From Alphaproteobacteria bacterium (lineage in GTDB: Bacteria; Pseudomonadota; Alphaproteobacteria; UBA828): 64,000 nt of DNA. This document shows positions 47,907 to 57,698 of the stretch, in pieces. The stretch lies in assembly GCA_965220745.1 (NCBI GenBank), contig CBDCQT010000007.1, positions 32,001 through 96,000 of the forward strand, written 5' to 3'. Position 1 is the first letter of the stretch. Every line of letters starts with the position of its first letter. Both the position numbers and the translations under genes were made by a program. Below the pieces are notes generated by a model that was given only the letters and a program-made list of their open reading frames with translations, did not search any database and was not told where the DNA came from.

Positions 47907-48845
47907 GTGCCAGAGCCTGCACCGCGCGGCAGCGCACACGCGCTCCTTTGGCCGGCGGTTCTGCTGGTCGTTTCCGCCCTAGGCTGGGGCATCCTCTATT
48001 CGCTCAACCGGCTGGCGACCACCGACGGTATTCCCTTCATTCCCTACGTCTTCTGGATGGGGACCGGCGCCGCGCTCATCCTGCTGGCATTCGGCGTGGC
48101 GTTCCGCACGCTGCCCAAGCTCTCGTGGGAGCACATGCGCGGCTACCTCGTGCTCGGCACGATCTCCTTCGGCATGACCTACACGGTGCTGGCCTTCGTC
48201 GCGCCCAAGGTGCCGGCGGGCGTGCTCGGGCTCGGCGCGACGCTCACGCCCATTCTCACCTATCCGGCCGCCGCGCTCTTCCGCATGGACCGCTTTCGCG
48301 CGATCCGCACCGTCGGGCTGGTCCTGGGCGTCGGCGGCGTGGCGCTCGTGGTCGTGCCCGAGACCAGCCTGCCCAGCCGCGACATGGCGCCCTGGGTGCT
48401 GCTGAGCTTCGTCGGCCCGGTGCTCTACGTCGCGAACGCGCTGATCATCTCGTGGCTCAAGCCGCCGGCCTCGGGCGCGCTGCCGCTCGCCGGCGGCATA
48501 CTCGCGACCGGAGCCGCCTTCATGTTCGTCGTGATGGCGGCGACCGGCCAGTGGTGGTGGTTCGAGGGGCCGATGACCGACGGCGACTGGGCGCTGGCCG
48601 CCGCGGCGGGCACCACGGCCTTGGTCTTCTACCTGATGGTGGAGATCATCCGTCTCGCGGGGCCCGTCTTCTTCACCACCGTCAATTTCATGATCCCGCT
48701 GACCGGGATCGGCTGGGGCGTGCTCTTCTTCGGCGAGAGCCACAGCTACTGGATCTGGCTCGCGCTCGTGCTCATGCTCGCAGGCCTCTTCCTGGTCAAC
48801 CGGCCGGCCGCCCCGCGCGCGAAGGCATCCGATCCGGCGCCTTGA
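47907..48845 (+). CDS. EamA/DMT family transporter
   Basis: Multiple TM segments; IIRLAGPVFFTTVNF; GTG start inferred. Confidence 0.85.
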   Translation: MPEPAPRGSAHALLWPAVLLVVSALGWGILYSLNRLATTDGIPFIPYVFWMGTGAALILLAFGVAFRTLPKLSWEHMRGYLVLGTISFGMTYTVLAFVAPKVPAGVLGLGATLTPILTYPAAALFRMDRFRAIRTVGLVLGVGGVALVVVPETSLPSRDMAPWVLLSFVGPVLYVANALIISWLKPPASGALPLAGGILATGAAFMFVVMAATGQWWWFEGPMTDGDWALAAAAGTTALVFYLMVEIIRLAGPVFFTTVNFMIPLTGIGWGVLFFGESHSYWIWLALVLMLAGLFLVNRPAAPRAKASDPAP

Positions 48846-48899
48846 CGCACCCGCCGCTCTGGGCGCAATTTGGGCCTGAAGCGCGAAAGGGAGCGGCCC

Positions 48900-49697
48900 A
48901 TGAAGCTCACGGCCGAACAGTGCGAAAGCCTGGATCGCGAAGGATTTCTCTTCCTGCCGGACCTGTTCTCGGCCGAGGAAGCCGCCGCGTTGCGCGCGGC
49001 GCTGCCGGCCGTCTTCGCGCACGAGGGGCCGGAAATCGTGCGCGAGCGCAATGGCGCCGTGCGCACCGCCTTCGGCGTCCACACCTACAGCGACATCTAC
49101 TGGCGGCTTTCCCGCCATCCGCGCCTGGTCGAGCCCGCGATGCAGATCCTCGGCGGGCCGGTCTACATCCACCAGTTCAAGGTGAACGCCAAGGCCGCCT
49201 TCGACGGCGACGTCTGGCAGTGGCACCAGGATTACGGCACCTGGTCGCGGGACGACCTGATGCCCGAGCCCCGGGCCATGAACCTTGCCGTCTACCTGGA
49301 CCCGGTGAACGAGTTCAACGGCCCGCTGATGTTCATTCCGCGCTCGCACCGGCGCGGCCGGATCGAGGCCGGTCACGATCTCGAGACCACGAGCTACCCG
49401 CTCTGGACCGTCGACAACGAGACCATCGAGAAGCTGGTGGCGGAAGGCGGCATCGTGGCACCCAAGGGAGAGCCCGGTGCGGCGCTGCTCTTCCACTGCA
49501 ATCTGGTGCACGGCTCCGCGCCCAACATGTCGCCCTGGGGCCGTCGCGCGGTCTATTTTTCGGCCAACCGGGTGGACAATGCGATCCGGCGCTTCCAGCG
49601 GCCGGAGTACATCGCGCACCGGGATTTCACCCCGGTCGAGCCGCTTGACGACGATTGCCTGCTGTCGGAACCCGCGCGCACCGCCGCCGCCCAATAG
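48900..49697 (+). CDS. PhyH-family 2-oxoglutarate/Fe(II) dioxygenase (proline-4-hydroxylase/EctD-like)
   Basis: YIHQFKVNAK, WQWHQDYGTW (HxD), FHCNLVHGS. Confidence 0.9.
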   Translation: MKLTAEQCESLDREGFLFLPDLFSAEEAAALRAALPAVFAHEGPEIVRERNGAVRTAFGVHTYSDIYWRLSRHPRLVEPAMQILGGPVYIHQFKVNAKAAFDGDVWQWHQDYGTWSRDDLMPEPRAMNLAVYLDPVNEFNGPLMFIPRSHRRGRIEAGHDLETTSYPLWTVDNETIEKLVAEGGIVAPKGEPGAALLFHCNLVHGSAPNMSPWGRRAVYFSANRVDNAIRRFQRPEYIAHRDFTPVEPLDDDCLLSEPARTAAAQ

Positions 49698-49725
49698 TCT
49701 TCACGTTTCTTAGACCACAGTCCTG

Positions 49726-50643
49726 ATGCGGCGCCGCGGGCCGCTTTCTCTCCCGATCTTCCTGCTGTTCACGATCGGGGCGGTCTATCCGCTCATCTTC
49801 ACCATGAACAAGATCGCGGTGGAGGCAGGGACGCCGCCGGTCGCCTTCACCTTCTGGCAGACGCTCGGCGCCGCGGTTCTGCTGCTGATCCTCGCTGCGT
49901 GGCGGCGCGCGCTCCCGCGCTTGGGGGCCCGGCATCTCAAGGCTTATTTCGTGCTCGGGCTCTTCGGCATCGCCGCGCCGATCGCGCTGATCACCTGGCT
50001 CGCGCCGAAGCTGCCGACCGGCATCCTCTCCATGGTGGTGATCCTCTCGCCGCCGATCACCTATCTGATCGCGCTCGCGCTCCGGCTGGAACGGGTACGC
50101 GCCTTGAGCCTGATCGGCGTGCTGTGCGGTGTGGTCGGCATCCTCCTGATGGCAATCCCGACGTTTTCCCTGCCCGAGCCCGGCATGGTGGTGTGGTTCC
50201 TGCTCGCCCTGCTGGCACCCGCCTCCTTCGCGCTGACCAACAACCTCGCGGCCCTGATCGACCCGCCGGAGACACCGGTGCTCACCTTCGCGAGCGGCAT
50301 CGTGACGGCGGCGGCGATCCTGCTGGCGCCGGTGATGATCGGGCTCGGCGAGACCTACGTGGTGCCGGGGCCGGACACCGTCGCCGACCTCGCGATCCTG
50401 GGCGCCGCAGGCGTCACCATCACCATGTACATCACCTTTCTGATCATCGTGCGCGCGGCCGGCCCGGTGTTCTTCTCGCAGTTCAACTACGTGGTGGTGG
50501 TGGCCGGCCTCGGCTGGGGCATTCTCTTCTTTCAGGAGAGCCACAGCGCCTACGTCTGGGCCGCTGCGGTGCTGATGCTGGCGGGCGTCGCGCTCCTGAT
50601 CCACGCGGCCAGGCGCCAGCCGGAGACACCGGCGGAGCCGTAG
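49726..50643 (+). CDS. EamA/DMT family transporter
   Basis: Multiple TM segments; IVRAAGPVFFSQFNY. Confidence 0.85.
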   Translation: MRRRGPLSLPIFLLFTIGAVYPLIFTMNKIAVEAGTPPVAFTFWQTLGAAVLLLILAAWRRALPRLGARHLKAYFVLGLFGIAAPIALITWLAPKLPTGILSMVVILSPPITYLIALALRLERVRALSLIGVLCGVVGILLMAIPTFSLPEPGMVVWFLLALLAPASFALTNNLAALIDPPETPVLTFASGIVTAAAILLAPVMIGLGETYVVPGPDTVADLAILGAAGVTITMYITFLIIVRAAGPVFFSQFNYVVVVAGLGWGILFFQESHSAYVWAAAVLMLAGVALLIHAARRQPETPAEP

Positions 50644-50647
50644 CCTT

Positions 50648-50896
50648 CTATCTCTCGGGCGGCAGGATCTCTTGCACGCACACTTGGTCGATCACGTGGG
50701 CGCGGCCGATGTCCGCAAGGTGGGCGCGCTTGTGATCGTTGCTGAGCGCGGCGCCGATGCCTTGCGTCATCGCCAGCACCAGGGAGCGGTCGCTCATGTC
50801 GAGCCAGAAGGCGCGGCGGATCAGCTTGCCGTCCGCATCGCGTGCGAAGGGATCGTCCGGATTCATGCCAAGATCGGGTTCGTAGAACCTGCCCAT
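50648..50896 (-). CDS. Small hypothetical protein
   Basis: 82 aa, MGRFYEPDLGMNPDDPFARDADGKLIRRAFWLDMSD...; GAGGGG RBS directly after the isochorismatase stop. Confidence 0.65.
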   Translation of the reverse strand: MGRFYEPDLGMNPDDPFARDADGKLIRRAFWLDMSDRSLVLAMTQGIGAALSNDHKRAHLADIGRAHVIDQVCVQEILPPER

Positions 50897-50906
50897 GCGC
50901 CGCCCC

Positions 50907-51662
50907 TCACTCGGCCGCGGCGCGCGCTGCGCTGCCACCTGCGATCTCGTCCAGCATCGCCATCGTGTCCGCGACCGTCGGGATCACCGCGGCGAAACCG
51001 CCCCTGAGCGAGGCCAAAGTCGCGTCGTGCGATTCCTGGCTGAAGCCCGCCACCGCCTCGTCGATCAAGGCGCAGGCGAAGCCCCGGTCCGCCGCGTCGC
51101 GCACGGTGGTCTCGACGCAGTAGTTGGTGACGCAGCCGGTGACCAGCAGGGTATCGATCCCCATCTCGCGCAGCAGGTTCTCGAAGTTGGTGCTGTTGAA
51201 GGCCCCAAAGCTCCGCTTCTGGAACACGGTCTCGCCGTCTGCCGGCGTCAGCTCCTCGAGGATCCGGTAGGTGGGCGATTCGGTCCAGTAGAAGTCGGCC
51301 ATGCCAGAGCGTTCCTGCAAATCGAGAATCCAGTGCCGCATCCGCTTGTTGAAGTCGCGCAGGTCGCGGTGGCTGGAGCCGACCACCACGTGGATCACTT
51401 GGAGGTCGGTGGCGCGCGCGTGATCGAGCAGTCGGCGGATTGCCGGCACCACGGTCGCCAGTCGCTCGGCATAGTAGGCGGTGGAGCCGGGATAGAGCTT
51501 TTCCAGCGCGGCGACGACGCCTTGCTCCGCATGGGCGTCGTGATATTGCATGTCGATCACGATCAGCGCCGTTCGCCCGAGGTCGATATCGATCGGCGGC
51601 AGCAATGTCACCTCACCGGCGGGCTGGTGGAAGTATTTGTCCTCGATGGCGCCCATGGGCAT
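50907..51662 (-). CDS. Isochorismatase/cysteine hydrolase family protein
   Basis: ALIVIDMQY, FQKRSFGAF, TGCVTNYCVETTVRDAADRGF (Asp-Lys-Cys triad). Confidence 0.9.
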   Translation of the reverse strand: MPMGAIEDKYFHQPAGEVTLLPPIDIDLGRTALIVIDMQYHDAHAEQGVVAALEKLYPGSTAYYAERLATVVPAIRRLLDHARATDLQVIHVVVGSSHRDLRDFNKRMRHWILDLQERSGMADFYWTESPTYRILEELTPADGETVFQKRSFGAFNSTNFENLLREMGIDTLLVTGCVTNYCVETTVRDAADRGFACALIDEAVAGFSQESHDATLASLRGGFAAVIPTVADTMAMLDEIAGGSAARAAAE

Positions 51663-51760
51663 GGTCTCCGCGCCGGCGGCGGCCGGCGGGTCCGGCGCGC
51701 GTCATCGGCGGGCGAGAAATTAGTTTCCCGCAGGTGCGGCGGTCAACAAACGGAGCGGCG

Positions 51761-53374
51761 ATGACGGCGACGGTGTTCGACCTGTTCGAGGCGGCGGCCC
51801 GGCGCGTGCCGGAGGGCGGCTGCCTCTGCGCGCCGCCCATGGCGGGCAGGTCCTACCATCCGGACGGCGTCGAGATCGACTACCGCGCGGCGCGCGAGCG
51901 AGTGGCGGCGCTCAGCGCCCTCTATCGCGCGGCAGGCTACGGCCGCGGCCACCGCGTGGCGCTGCTGCTGGAGAACCGGCCCGACTTCCACCTGCACTGG
52001 TGGGCGCTCAACGCATTCGGCTGCGGCATCGTGCCCATCAACCCGGCCTACCGGCAGGACGAGATGGTCTATCTCATCGACCATTCCGAGGCCGCGCTCG
52101 TGGTCTCGGTGCCGGAGCGGCGGGCCGATGTCGAGGCTGCGGTCCGCCTCTGCGAACATGCGGTGCCGATCGTCGATTCCGTCGTCCTTCCTGACCGGTT
52201 ACCCGCGCCTCTGGGCGGTGTTAGCGCCGGTGGCGAGCCCGGCATCGATGACGAGGCGGCGCTGCTCTACACCTCGGGCACCACCGGCCGGCCCAAGGGC
52301 TGCATCCTCACCAACCGCTACTTCCTCAACGCGGCCCGCTGGTACCGCGAGGCCGGCGGCCTGATGGCGCTGGAGGAGGGCTGCGAGCGGCTGCTAAACC
52401 CGCTGCCGCTCCACCACGCCAACGCGCTCGCCATCGGCAGCATGGCGATGCTGAGCGCAGCGGGCTGCATCGTCATGGCCGACCGCTTCCACCCCCGGAG
52501 CTGGTGGGCCGATGTGGCCGCCACCAGGGCCACGATCATCCACTATCTCGGAATCATGCCGCCGCTCCTGCTCAGCCTGCCGCCGGGGCCGCAAGACCGC
52601 GCCCATGCTGTCCGGTTCGGCGCCGGCGCCGGTATCGACCCCAAGCATCACGAAGCGTTCGAGGCGCGCTTCGGCTTCCCGCTCATCGAAGGCTGGGGCA
52701 TGACCGAGGTTGCTATGCCCACGTGGGCGAGCGTCGAGCCCCGGCAGACCGATACGCGTGCCTTCGGCCGCCCGCTCTCGGGCTGCGAGGTGCGGGTGGT
52801 CGACGACGAAGACCGCGCGGTGCCACCGGGCGTTCCGGGCGAGCTCACGCTGCGCATGACCGGCGACGATCCGCGCAGCGGACTCTTCTCCGGCTACCTG
52901 AAGGACTCGGACGCAACCGATGAAGCCTGGCGGGGCGGCTGGTTCCACACCGGCGATGTCGTGACGCAGGCTGCCGACGGCATGCTCTGCTTCGTCGACC
53001 GCAAGAAGAACATCATCCGCCGCAGCGGCGAGAACATCGCCGCCGCCGAGGTCGAGGCCGTGCTCCAGGCCGACGAGCGCGTGGCCCAGGCGGCGGTGGT
53101 CGCCGTGCCCGACGAGCTCCGCCAGGAGGAGGTCATGGCCTGCATCGTGCCGGAGCCGGGCGCCGGCGCGGACCGGGATGCGGCGGAGGCGCTGCAGGAC
53201 ACGTGCCTGGAGCGGCTCGCCTATTACAAGGCGCCCGGTTTTCTGCTGTTTCTCGATACGCTGCCGGTCACCAGCACGCAGAAGGTGCAGAAGGTGAAGC
53301 TCTTCCCCGACGGCACCGACCCGCGCCAGGTTGCGGGCTGCTACGACCTCCGCGCGCGCAAGCGCTCGCGATGA
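51761..53374 (+). CDS. AMP-dependent acyl-CoA ligase (CaiC-like)
   Basis: [52 protein letters not shown]. Confidence 0.92.
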   Translation: MTATVFDLFEAAARRVPEGGCLCAPPMAGRSYHPDGVEIDYRAARERVAALSALYRAAGYGRGHRVALLLENRPDFHLHWWALNAFGCGIVPINPAYRQDEMVYLIDHSEAALVVSVPERRADVEAAVRLCEHAVPIVDSVVLPDRLPAPLGGVSAGGEPGIDDEAALLYTSGTTGRPKGCILTNRYFLNAARWYREAGGLMALEEGCERLLNPLPLHHANALAIGSMAMLSAAGCIVMADRFHPRSWWADVAATRATIIHYLGIMPPLLLSLPPGPQDRAHAVRFGAGAGIDPKHHEAFEARFGFPLIEGWGMTEVAMPTWASVEPRQTDTRAFGRPLSGCEVRVVDDEDRAVPPGVPGELTLRMTGDDPRSGLFSGYLKDSDATDEAWRGGWFHTGDVVTQAADGMLCFVDRKKNIIRRSGENIAAAEVEAVLQADERVAQAAVVAVPDELRQEEVMACIVPEPGAGADRDAAEALQDTCLERLAYYKAPGFLLFLDTLPVTSTQKVQKVKLFPDGTDPRQVAGCYDLRARKRSR

Positions 53375-53477
53375 CGCTCCCTCCCGACTTCGCGATGGTA
53401 TGGCGCCATGCTATACGCGGCGCCGCGAAACGGATATGCACGCCGCCTCCGGCGGCAAGAATGCGGGAACATCACCC

Positions 53478-54236
53478 ATGAGCGCGGATCGCAAGGTCGC
53501 CCTCGTCACGGGCGCGGGGCAGGGGATCGGCAAGGCGGCGGCGCACGCGCTGCTGGCCGACGGCTGGACCGTGGTCTTCTCCGGCCGCCGACAGGAAACG
53601 CTGGAGGCGGCCATCACCGAGGCCGGCGCGGGCGCGGACACGGCGATCGCCGTGACCTGCGATGTCGGCAAGCGGGAGGAGGTCGCGGCGCTCTTCGCCG
53701 AGACGAAGTCCGCGTTCGGCCGGCTGGACCTGCTCTTCAACAATGCTGGCATCAGCGCCCCGGCCGTGCCGCTCGAGGACCTCCGCTTCGACAAGTGGCA
53801 GCAGGTGGTCGATACCAACCTCACCGGCGTCTTCCTCTGCACCCAGGAAGCCTTTCGCATGATGAAGGCGCAGGAGCCCATGGGCGGGCGCATCGTCAAC
53901 AACGGCTCGATCTCGGCCCACGTGCCGCGGCCCAACTCGGCGCCCTACACCTCCACCAAGCACGCCGTGACCGGCCTTACCCGCTCGACCTCGCTCGACG
54001 GGCGCAAGTACAACATCGCCTGCGGTCAGATCGACGTGGGCAACGCGGCGACCGAGATGACCCAGCGCATGAGCCAGGGGGTGCCGCAGGCCGACGGCTC
54101 CATCGCCTCCGAGGCGACGATGGCGGTGGAGAACGTGGCCCAGGCGGTGGTCTACATGGCGCGTCTGCCGCTCGACGCCAACGTTCAGTTCATGACCGTG
54201 ATGGCGACGACGATGCCCTTCATCGGGCGGGGGTAA
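53478..54236 (+). CDS. Short-chain dehydrogenase/reductase
   Basis: [28 protein letters not shown]. Confidence 0.93.
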   Translation: MSADRKVALVTGAGQGIGKAAAHALLADGWTVVFSGRRQETLEAAITEAGAGADTAIAVTCDVGKREEVAALFAETKSAFGRLDLLFNNAGISAPAVPLEDLRFDKWQQVVDTNLTGVFLCTQEAFRMMKAQEPMGGRIVNNGSISAHVPRPNSAPYTSTKHAVTGLTRSTSLDGRKYNIACGQIDVGNAATEMTQRMSQGVPQADGSIASEATMAVENVAQAVVYMARLPLDANVQFMTVMATTMPFIGRG

Positions 54237-54380
54237 GGCTTTCCTGCCGGAGTCCTAATCTCCATCACTTTGGCGCGGCCCACCCGGTATAACCATCGCC
54301 GTCCACAGATATGACCATCGAGGCATATCCGCAGCTTTCTCGTTGACGAGCGCTCACGGCGTGGGTGATGGTGGGCCGTC

Positions 54381-54734
54381 ATGGTCGAGATTGGCGGCTT
54401 TGTGGGCCTCGCCGCCCTGGTAATCGGACTCTTCGCGTGGATGCGCGGGGACATGCGGGCCATTCGCGCAGAATTGAAGAGCGATATCGGGCGACTTGAG
54501 GGCGGTCTTGCCGGTCTGCGCTCAGAGTTGAAGGGTGATATTGCTGACCTGCGTTCGGAACTGAAAGGCGACATTGGCACGTTGCGCGAAGGTCAGTCGG
54601 AGTTGCGCGAGGGGCAAACAGAGTTGCGCGAAGGCCAAGCGGAGCTGCGGGAGCGCATGGCGCGGCTCGAAGGACTGCTCGACGGCCTGCGTGAAGCCGT
54701 TACTTGGCGCTCCGGCCCGCGCGACGCCGCCTGA
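54381..54734 (+). CDS. Small membrane-anchored coiled-coil repeat protein (CCDC90/DUF1640-like)
   Basis: N-terminal TM segment, then (I/L)RxELKxDI 11-aa repeats and LREGQxE heptads, ending ERMARLEGLLDGLREAV. Confidence 0.7.
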   Translation: MVEIGGFVGLAALVIGLFAWMRGDMRAIRAELKSDIGRLEGGLAGLRSELKGDIADLRSELKGDIGTLREGQSELREGQTELREGQAELRERMARLEGLLDGLREAVTWRSGPRDAA

Positions 54735-54779
54735 CTGGACCCACCCCTCTTCGAGCGACATTCATCTCGCTCGCCAACT

Positions 54780-55790
54780 CTAACTCGCCAGAATCTCCCT
54801 GATCGCCTCGTTCTGGAAGGCCACGTCCGCCGGGCTGAGGAAGCTCGAGGCGAAGTGGCCGTAATAGGACTCGAACACGCGCAGTTCGGCGTTCGGCATG
54901 TTGGCGACCTCGATCTCGCTGTCCTCCGGCGGGAAGTAGAGGTCGGTCCGCCCCGGCATCACGATGGCCTTGGCCTTGATCCCGGCGAGCGCCTTCTTGA
55001 AGTCGCCGCCGTAAAGCTCGTTGTCGCCGATATCGCCGTTCTGCCAGGTCCAGAGCATGGCGAGCAGGTTGTTCGCGTCCTTGTGGATGAAGAACCCCTC
55101 CCAGAACGCCACCAGGAAATCCTCCAGCGATGAGAAGCCGAGCTTGAGGTCCTCCTCCACCCTGTAGAAGGTCTGGGAGAAGCCCCAGCCCGCATAGACC
55201 CGTGCCATGGCGCGGAGCCCCTTGGTGGGCGGCGCGTCGTACCAGCCGCCTTGCCAGGCGTCGTCGGCGGTGAGCGCCGCCTTTACGCCTTCTAGGAACA
55301 CGAAGTTGTGGCGCGAGCACTTGGCCGAGCCGCAGGTCGGCACGATGCGCTCCACCATGTCGGGGTAAAGGCAGCCCCAGTGGAAGGTCTGCAGCGCGCC
55401 CATGGACCAGCCGGTCACGAGCTTGATCCGCTCGATCCCGAACACCTCGGTCACGAGGCGATGCTGCAGGCGCACGTTGTCGTAGGCCGTCACGCCGGGG
55501 AAGCGCGCCTTGTCGTAGGGCGCCGGCGTGTTGCTTGGCGACGACGAGAGGCCGTTGCCCAGCATGTTCGGCACGATGATGAAGTACTGCCTGGGGTCGA
55601 GGGCCTGGTCCTCGCCGATGGTCCACTCCACGTCGGTGTGGTGGCCGGAATACCAGGTCGGCTGGATGATGACGTTGTCCTTCTTGGCGTTCAGTGTGCC
55701 GTAGGTCTTGTAGGCGAGCTTGGCGTCCCTGAGGGTCGCTCCCTTCTGCAGCACCACATCGCCCGCGTCGAAAATCTCGTAGTCGCTCAT
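54780..55790 (-). CDS. Homoserine O-acetyltransferase-like alpha/beta hydrolase
   Basis: LAYKTYGTLN, NMLGNGLSSSPSN, GWSMGA nucleophile, DLYFPPED, GH. Confidence 0.87.
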   Translation of the reverse strand: MSDYEIFDAGDVVLQKGATLRDAKLAYKTYGTLNAKKDNVIIQPTWYSGHHTDVEWTIGEDQALDPRQYFIIVPNMLGNGLSSSPSNTPAPYDKARFPGVTAYDNVRLQHRLVTEVFGIERIKLVTGWSMGALQTFHWGCLYPDMVERIVPTCGSAKCSRHNFVFLEGVKAALTADDAWQGGWYDAPPTKGLRAMARVYAGWGFSQTFYRVEEDLKLGFSSLEDFLVAFWEGFFIHKDANNLLAMLWTWQNGDIGDNELYGGDFKKALAGIKAKAIVMPGRTDLYFPPEDSEIEVANMPNAELRVFESYYGHFASSFLSPADVAFQNEAIREILAS

Positions 55791-55896
55791 CCCTCTCTCC
55801 CCCTGCCGCATGTGTATGGCCGGTTTGCTCCATCCTGAGCCGCCGGGCCGGGCGTTGCAATCGCCCGTGCGGGGCGGGTCTGATATCGTGCCTTGG

Positions 55897-56748
55897 ATGA
55901 GCGGTGATCAGGCGATCCGGGCGCTTCTGGAGTGGTACACGCTTGCCGGCGTCGACCAGGCGATCGGCCATGCGCCGCGCGATCGCTACCGGGAAGCGGC
56001 TGATGCGCTGGCGGCTGCGGCCGCGCCTCCGTTGACACCTGCGCCAGCTCTCACTCCCGAGCCTGCGGTCACGCGCGAGGCGGCGCCTGCTTCTCCTCCA
56101 CTGCCGACCGCACCCCTGCTTCCGCCCGGCGATGCCACCTGGAGCGCGCAGGAAATCGCCGCAGCCTGCACCAGTCTCGATCAGCTGGTGGCGGCCGTGC
56201 GCGCCTTCGACGGCTGCGCGCTCAAGCGCACCGCCACCAACACCGTGATCGGCGACGGCAATCCGCAAGCTGCGCTGATGATCGTGGGCGAGGCGCCGGG
56301 CGCCGAGGAGGACCGCCAGGGCCTCCCCTTCGTCGGGCCGGCGGGCCGGCTGCTGGACCGGATGCTGGCCGCCATCGGCCTCGACCGCTCAGCCGTCTAC
56401 ATCACCAACATGCTGCCCTGGCGGCCGCCAGGCAATCGCTCGCCCACCGCCGAGGAGCTCGCCATCTGCCAGCCCTTCCTGGAGCGCCAGATCGAGCTGA
56501 TCGCGCCCCGCATCCTGGTGCTGGTGGGCGGCATCGCCGCGAAGGCCCTGCTCAACAGGCGCGAGGGCATCACCCGCCTGCGCGGCCAGTGGTTCCCCTT
56601 CGCGACCCCGCGCATGGAGGGGACGATCCAGGCCACGGCGACCTTTCATCCCGCCTACCTGCTGCGCACACCGTCTGCGAAGCGCGAGGTATGGCGCGAC
56701 CTGTTGGACATCGAGGACAAGATGAAGAACGGAGAGACGGCGTCATGA
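55897..56748 (+). CDS. Uracil-DNA glycosylase family 4
   Basis: VGEAPGAEEDRQGLPFVGPAG, YITN...WRPPGNR, FHPAYLLR. Confidence 0.93.
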   Translation: MSGDQAIRALLEWYTLAGVDQAIGHAPRDRYREAADALAAAAAPPLTPAPALTPEPAVTREAAPASPPLPTAPLLPPGDATWSAQEIAAACTSLDQLVAAVRAFDGCALKRTATNTVIGDGNPQAALMIVGEAPGAEEDRQGLPFVGPAGRLLDRMLAAIGLDRSAVYITNMLPWRPPGNRSPTAEELAICQPFLERQIELIAPRILVLVGGIAAKALLNRREGITRLRGQWFPFATPRMEGTIQATATFHPAYLLRTPSAKREVWRDLLDIEDKMKNGETAS

Positions 56749-57293
56749 TCGGGATCGACGAGAAGCGGCCCTTCCGCGCCGTGAACATCGCGGTGCTCAC
56801 GGTATCGGACAGCCGCGGGCTCGCGGAGGATCGCTCGGGCCGGGTGTTGGTGGAGCGGATCGAAGGCGCCGGCCACCACGTCGCCGACCGCCGCATCATA
56901 GCCGACGAGCGGGCAGAGATCGTGGCGGCGCTCCAGGGCTGGATCGCCGATCCCGAGGTCGACGTGGTGATCGCCACCGGCGGCACCGGCGTCACCGGCC
57001 GCGATATTACGCCGGAGGCCTTCCACGACGTCTACGAGAAGGAGATACCGGGCTTCGGCGAGCTGTTCCGCCAGCTCAGCTACGACCTGATCGGCACGTC
57101 CACCCTGCAGTCGCGCACCACCGGCGGCGTCGCCGGCGGCACCTACCTGTTCGCGCTGCCCGGCTCGCCCGGTGCCTGCAAGGACGGCTGGGACAAGATC
57201 CTGCGCTACCAGCTCGACTACCGCTGGCGCCCCTGCAACCTGGTCGAGCTGATGCCGCGTCTGCAAGAAACGGAGCGCCGAGGCGCTGCCTAA
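56745..57293 (+). CDS. moaB: Molybdenum cofactor biosynthesis protein B
   Basis: IAVLTVSD, TGGTGVTGRD, GFGELFR, LPGSPGACKDGW, RPCNLVE. Confidence 0.93.
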   Translation: MIGIDEKRPFRAVNIAVLTVSDSRGLAEDRSGRVLVERIEGAGHHVADRRIIADERAEIVAALQGWIADPEVDVVIATGGTGVTGRDITPEAFHDVYEKEIPGFGELFRQLSYDLIGTSTLQSRTTGGVAGGTYLFALPGSPGACKDGWDKILRYQLDYRWRPCNLVELMPRLQETERRGAA

Positions 57294-57305
57294 GAGGAGG
57301 AGAAC

Positions 57306-57698
57306 GTGGAGAAGGAAATCGTCGAGATCCCCAAGCTCTCAGACGCGATACGCGAGATCGGCGTGCCGCTCTCGCCCTGCGTGCGCGCAGGCGGCTTCCT
57401 CTACATCTCGGGCCTGCCGCCCCTCGACCTCGATTCAGGCCAGATGGTGAAGGGCGGAATCGACGTGCAGACCGAGCAGGTGATGGAGGTGCTGAAGCAC
57501 ACGCTGGAGAGCGCCGGCTCCTCGCTCGACCGCGTGGTGAAGTGCCAGGTCTTCGTCACCAACGCGGCCTACTACCGGATCGTGAACGAGATCTACGGGC
57601 GCTACTTCCCTCACGACCCGCCGGCGAGGACCTTCGTCGCCATGGCGTCCTGGCCGATGGAGTTCGACATCGAGATCGAGTGCGTCGCGCTCGCCTGA
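57306..57698 (+). CDS. RidA/Rid family protein
   Basis: LYISG, LESAGSSLDRVVK, NEIYGRYFP..PPART, IEIECVA; GAGGAG RBS. Confidence 0.9.
   Translation: MEKEIVEIPKLSDAIREIGVPLSPCVRAGGFLYISGLPPLDLDSGQMVKGGIDVQTEQVMEVLKHTLESAGSSLDRVVKCQVFVTNAAYYRIVNEIYGRYFPHDPPARTFVAMASWPMEFDIEIECVALA

Noticed and set aside
48900-49697. Calling the dioxygenase ectD
   Set aside because: It has WQWHQDY rather than the EctD-type FxWHSDFETWH signature, and no ectABC is nearby.
54780-55790. Calling the hydrolase metX
   Set aside because: It lacks the typical HALTG and GGSMGG motifs of MetX; kept as a MetX-like hydrolase.
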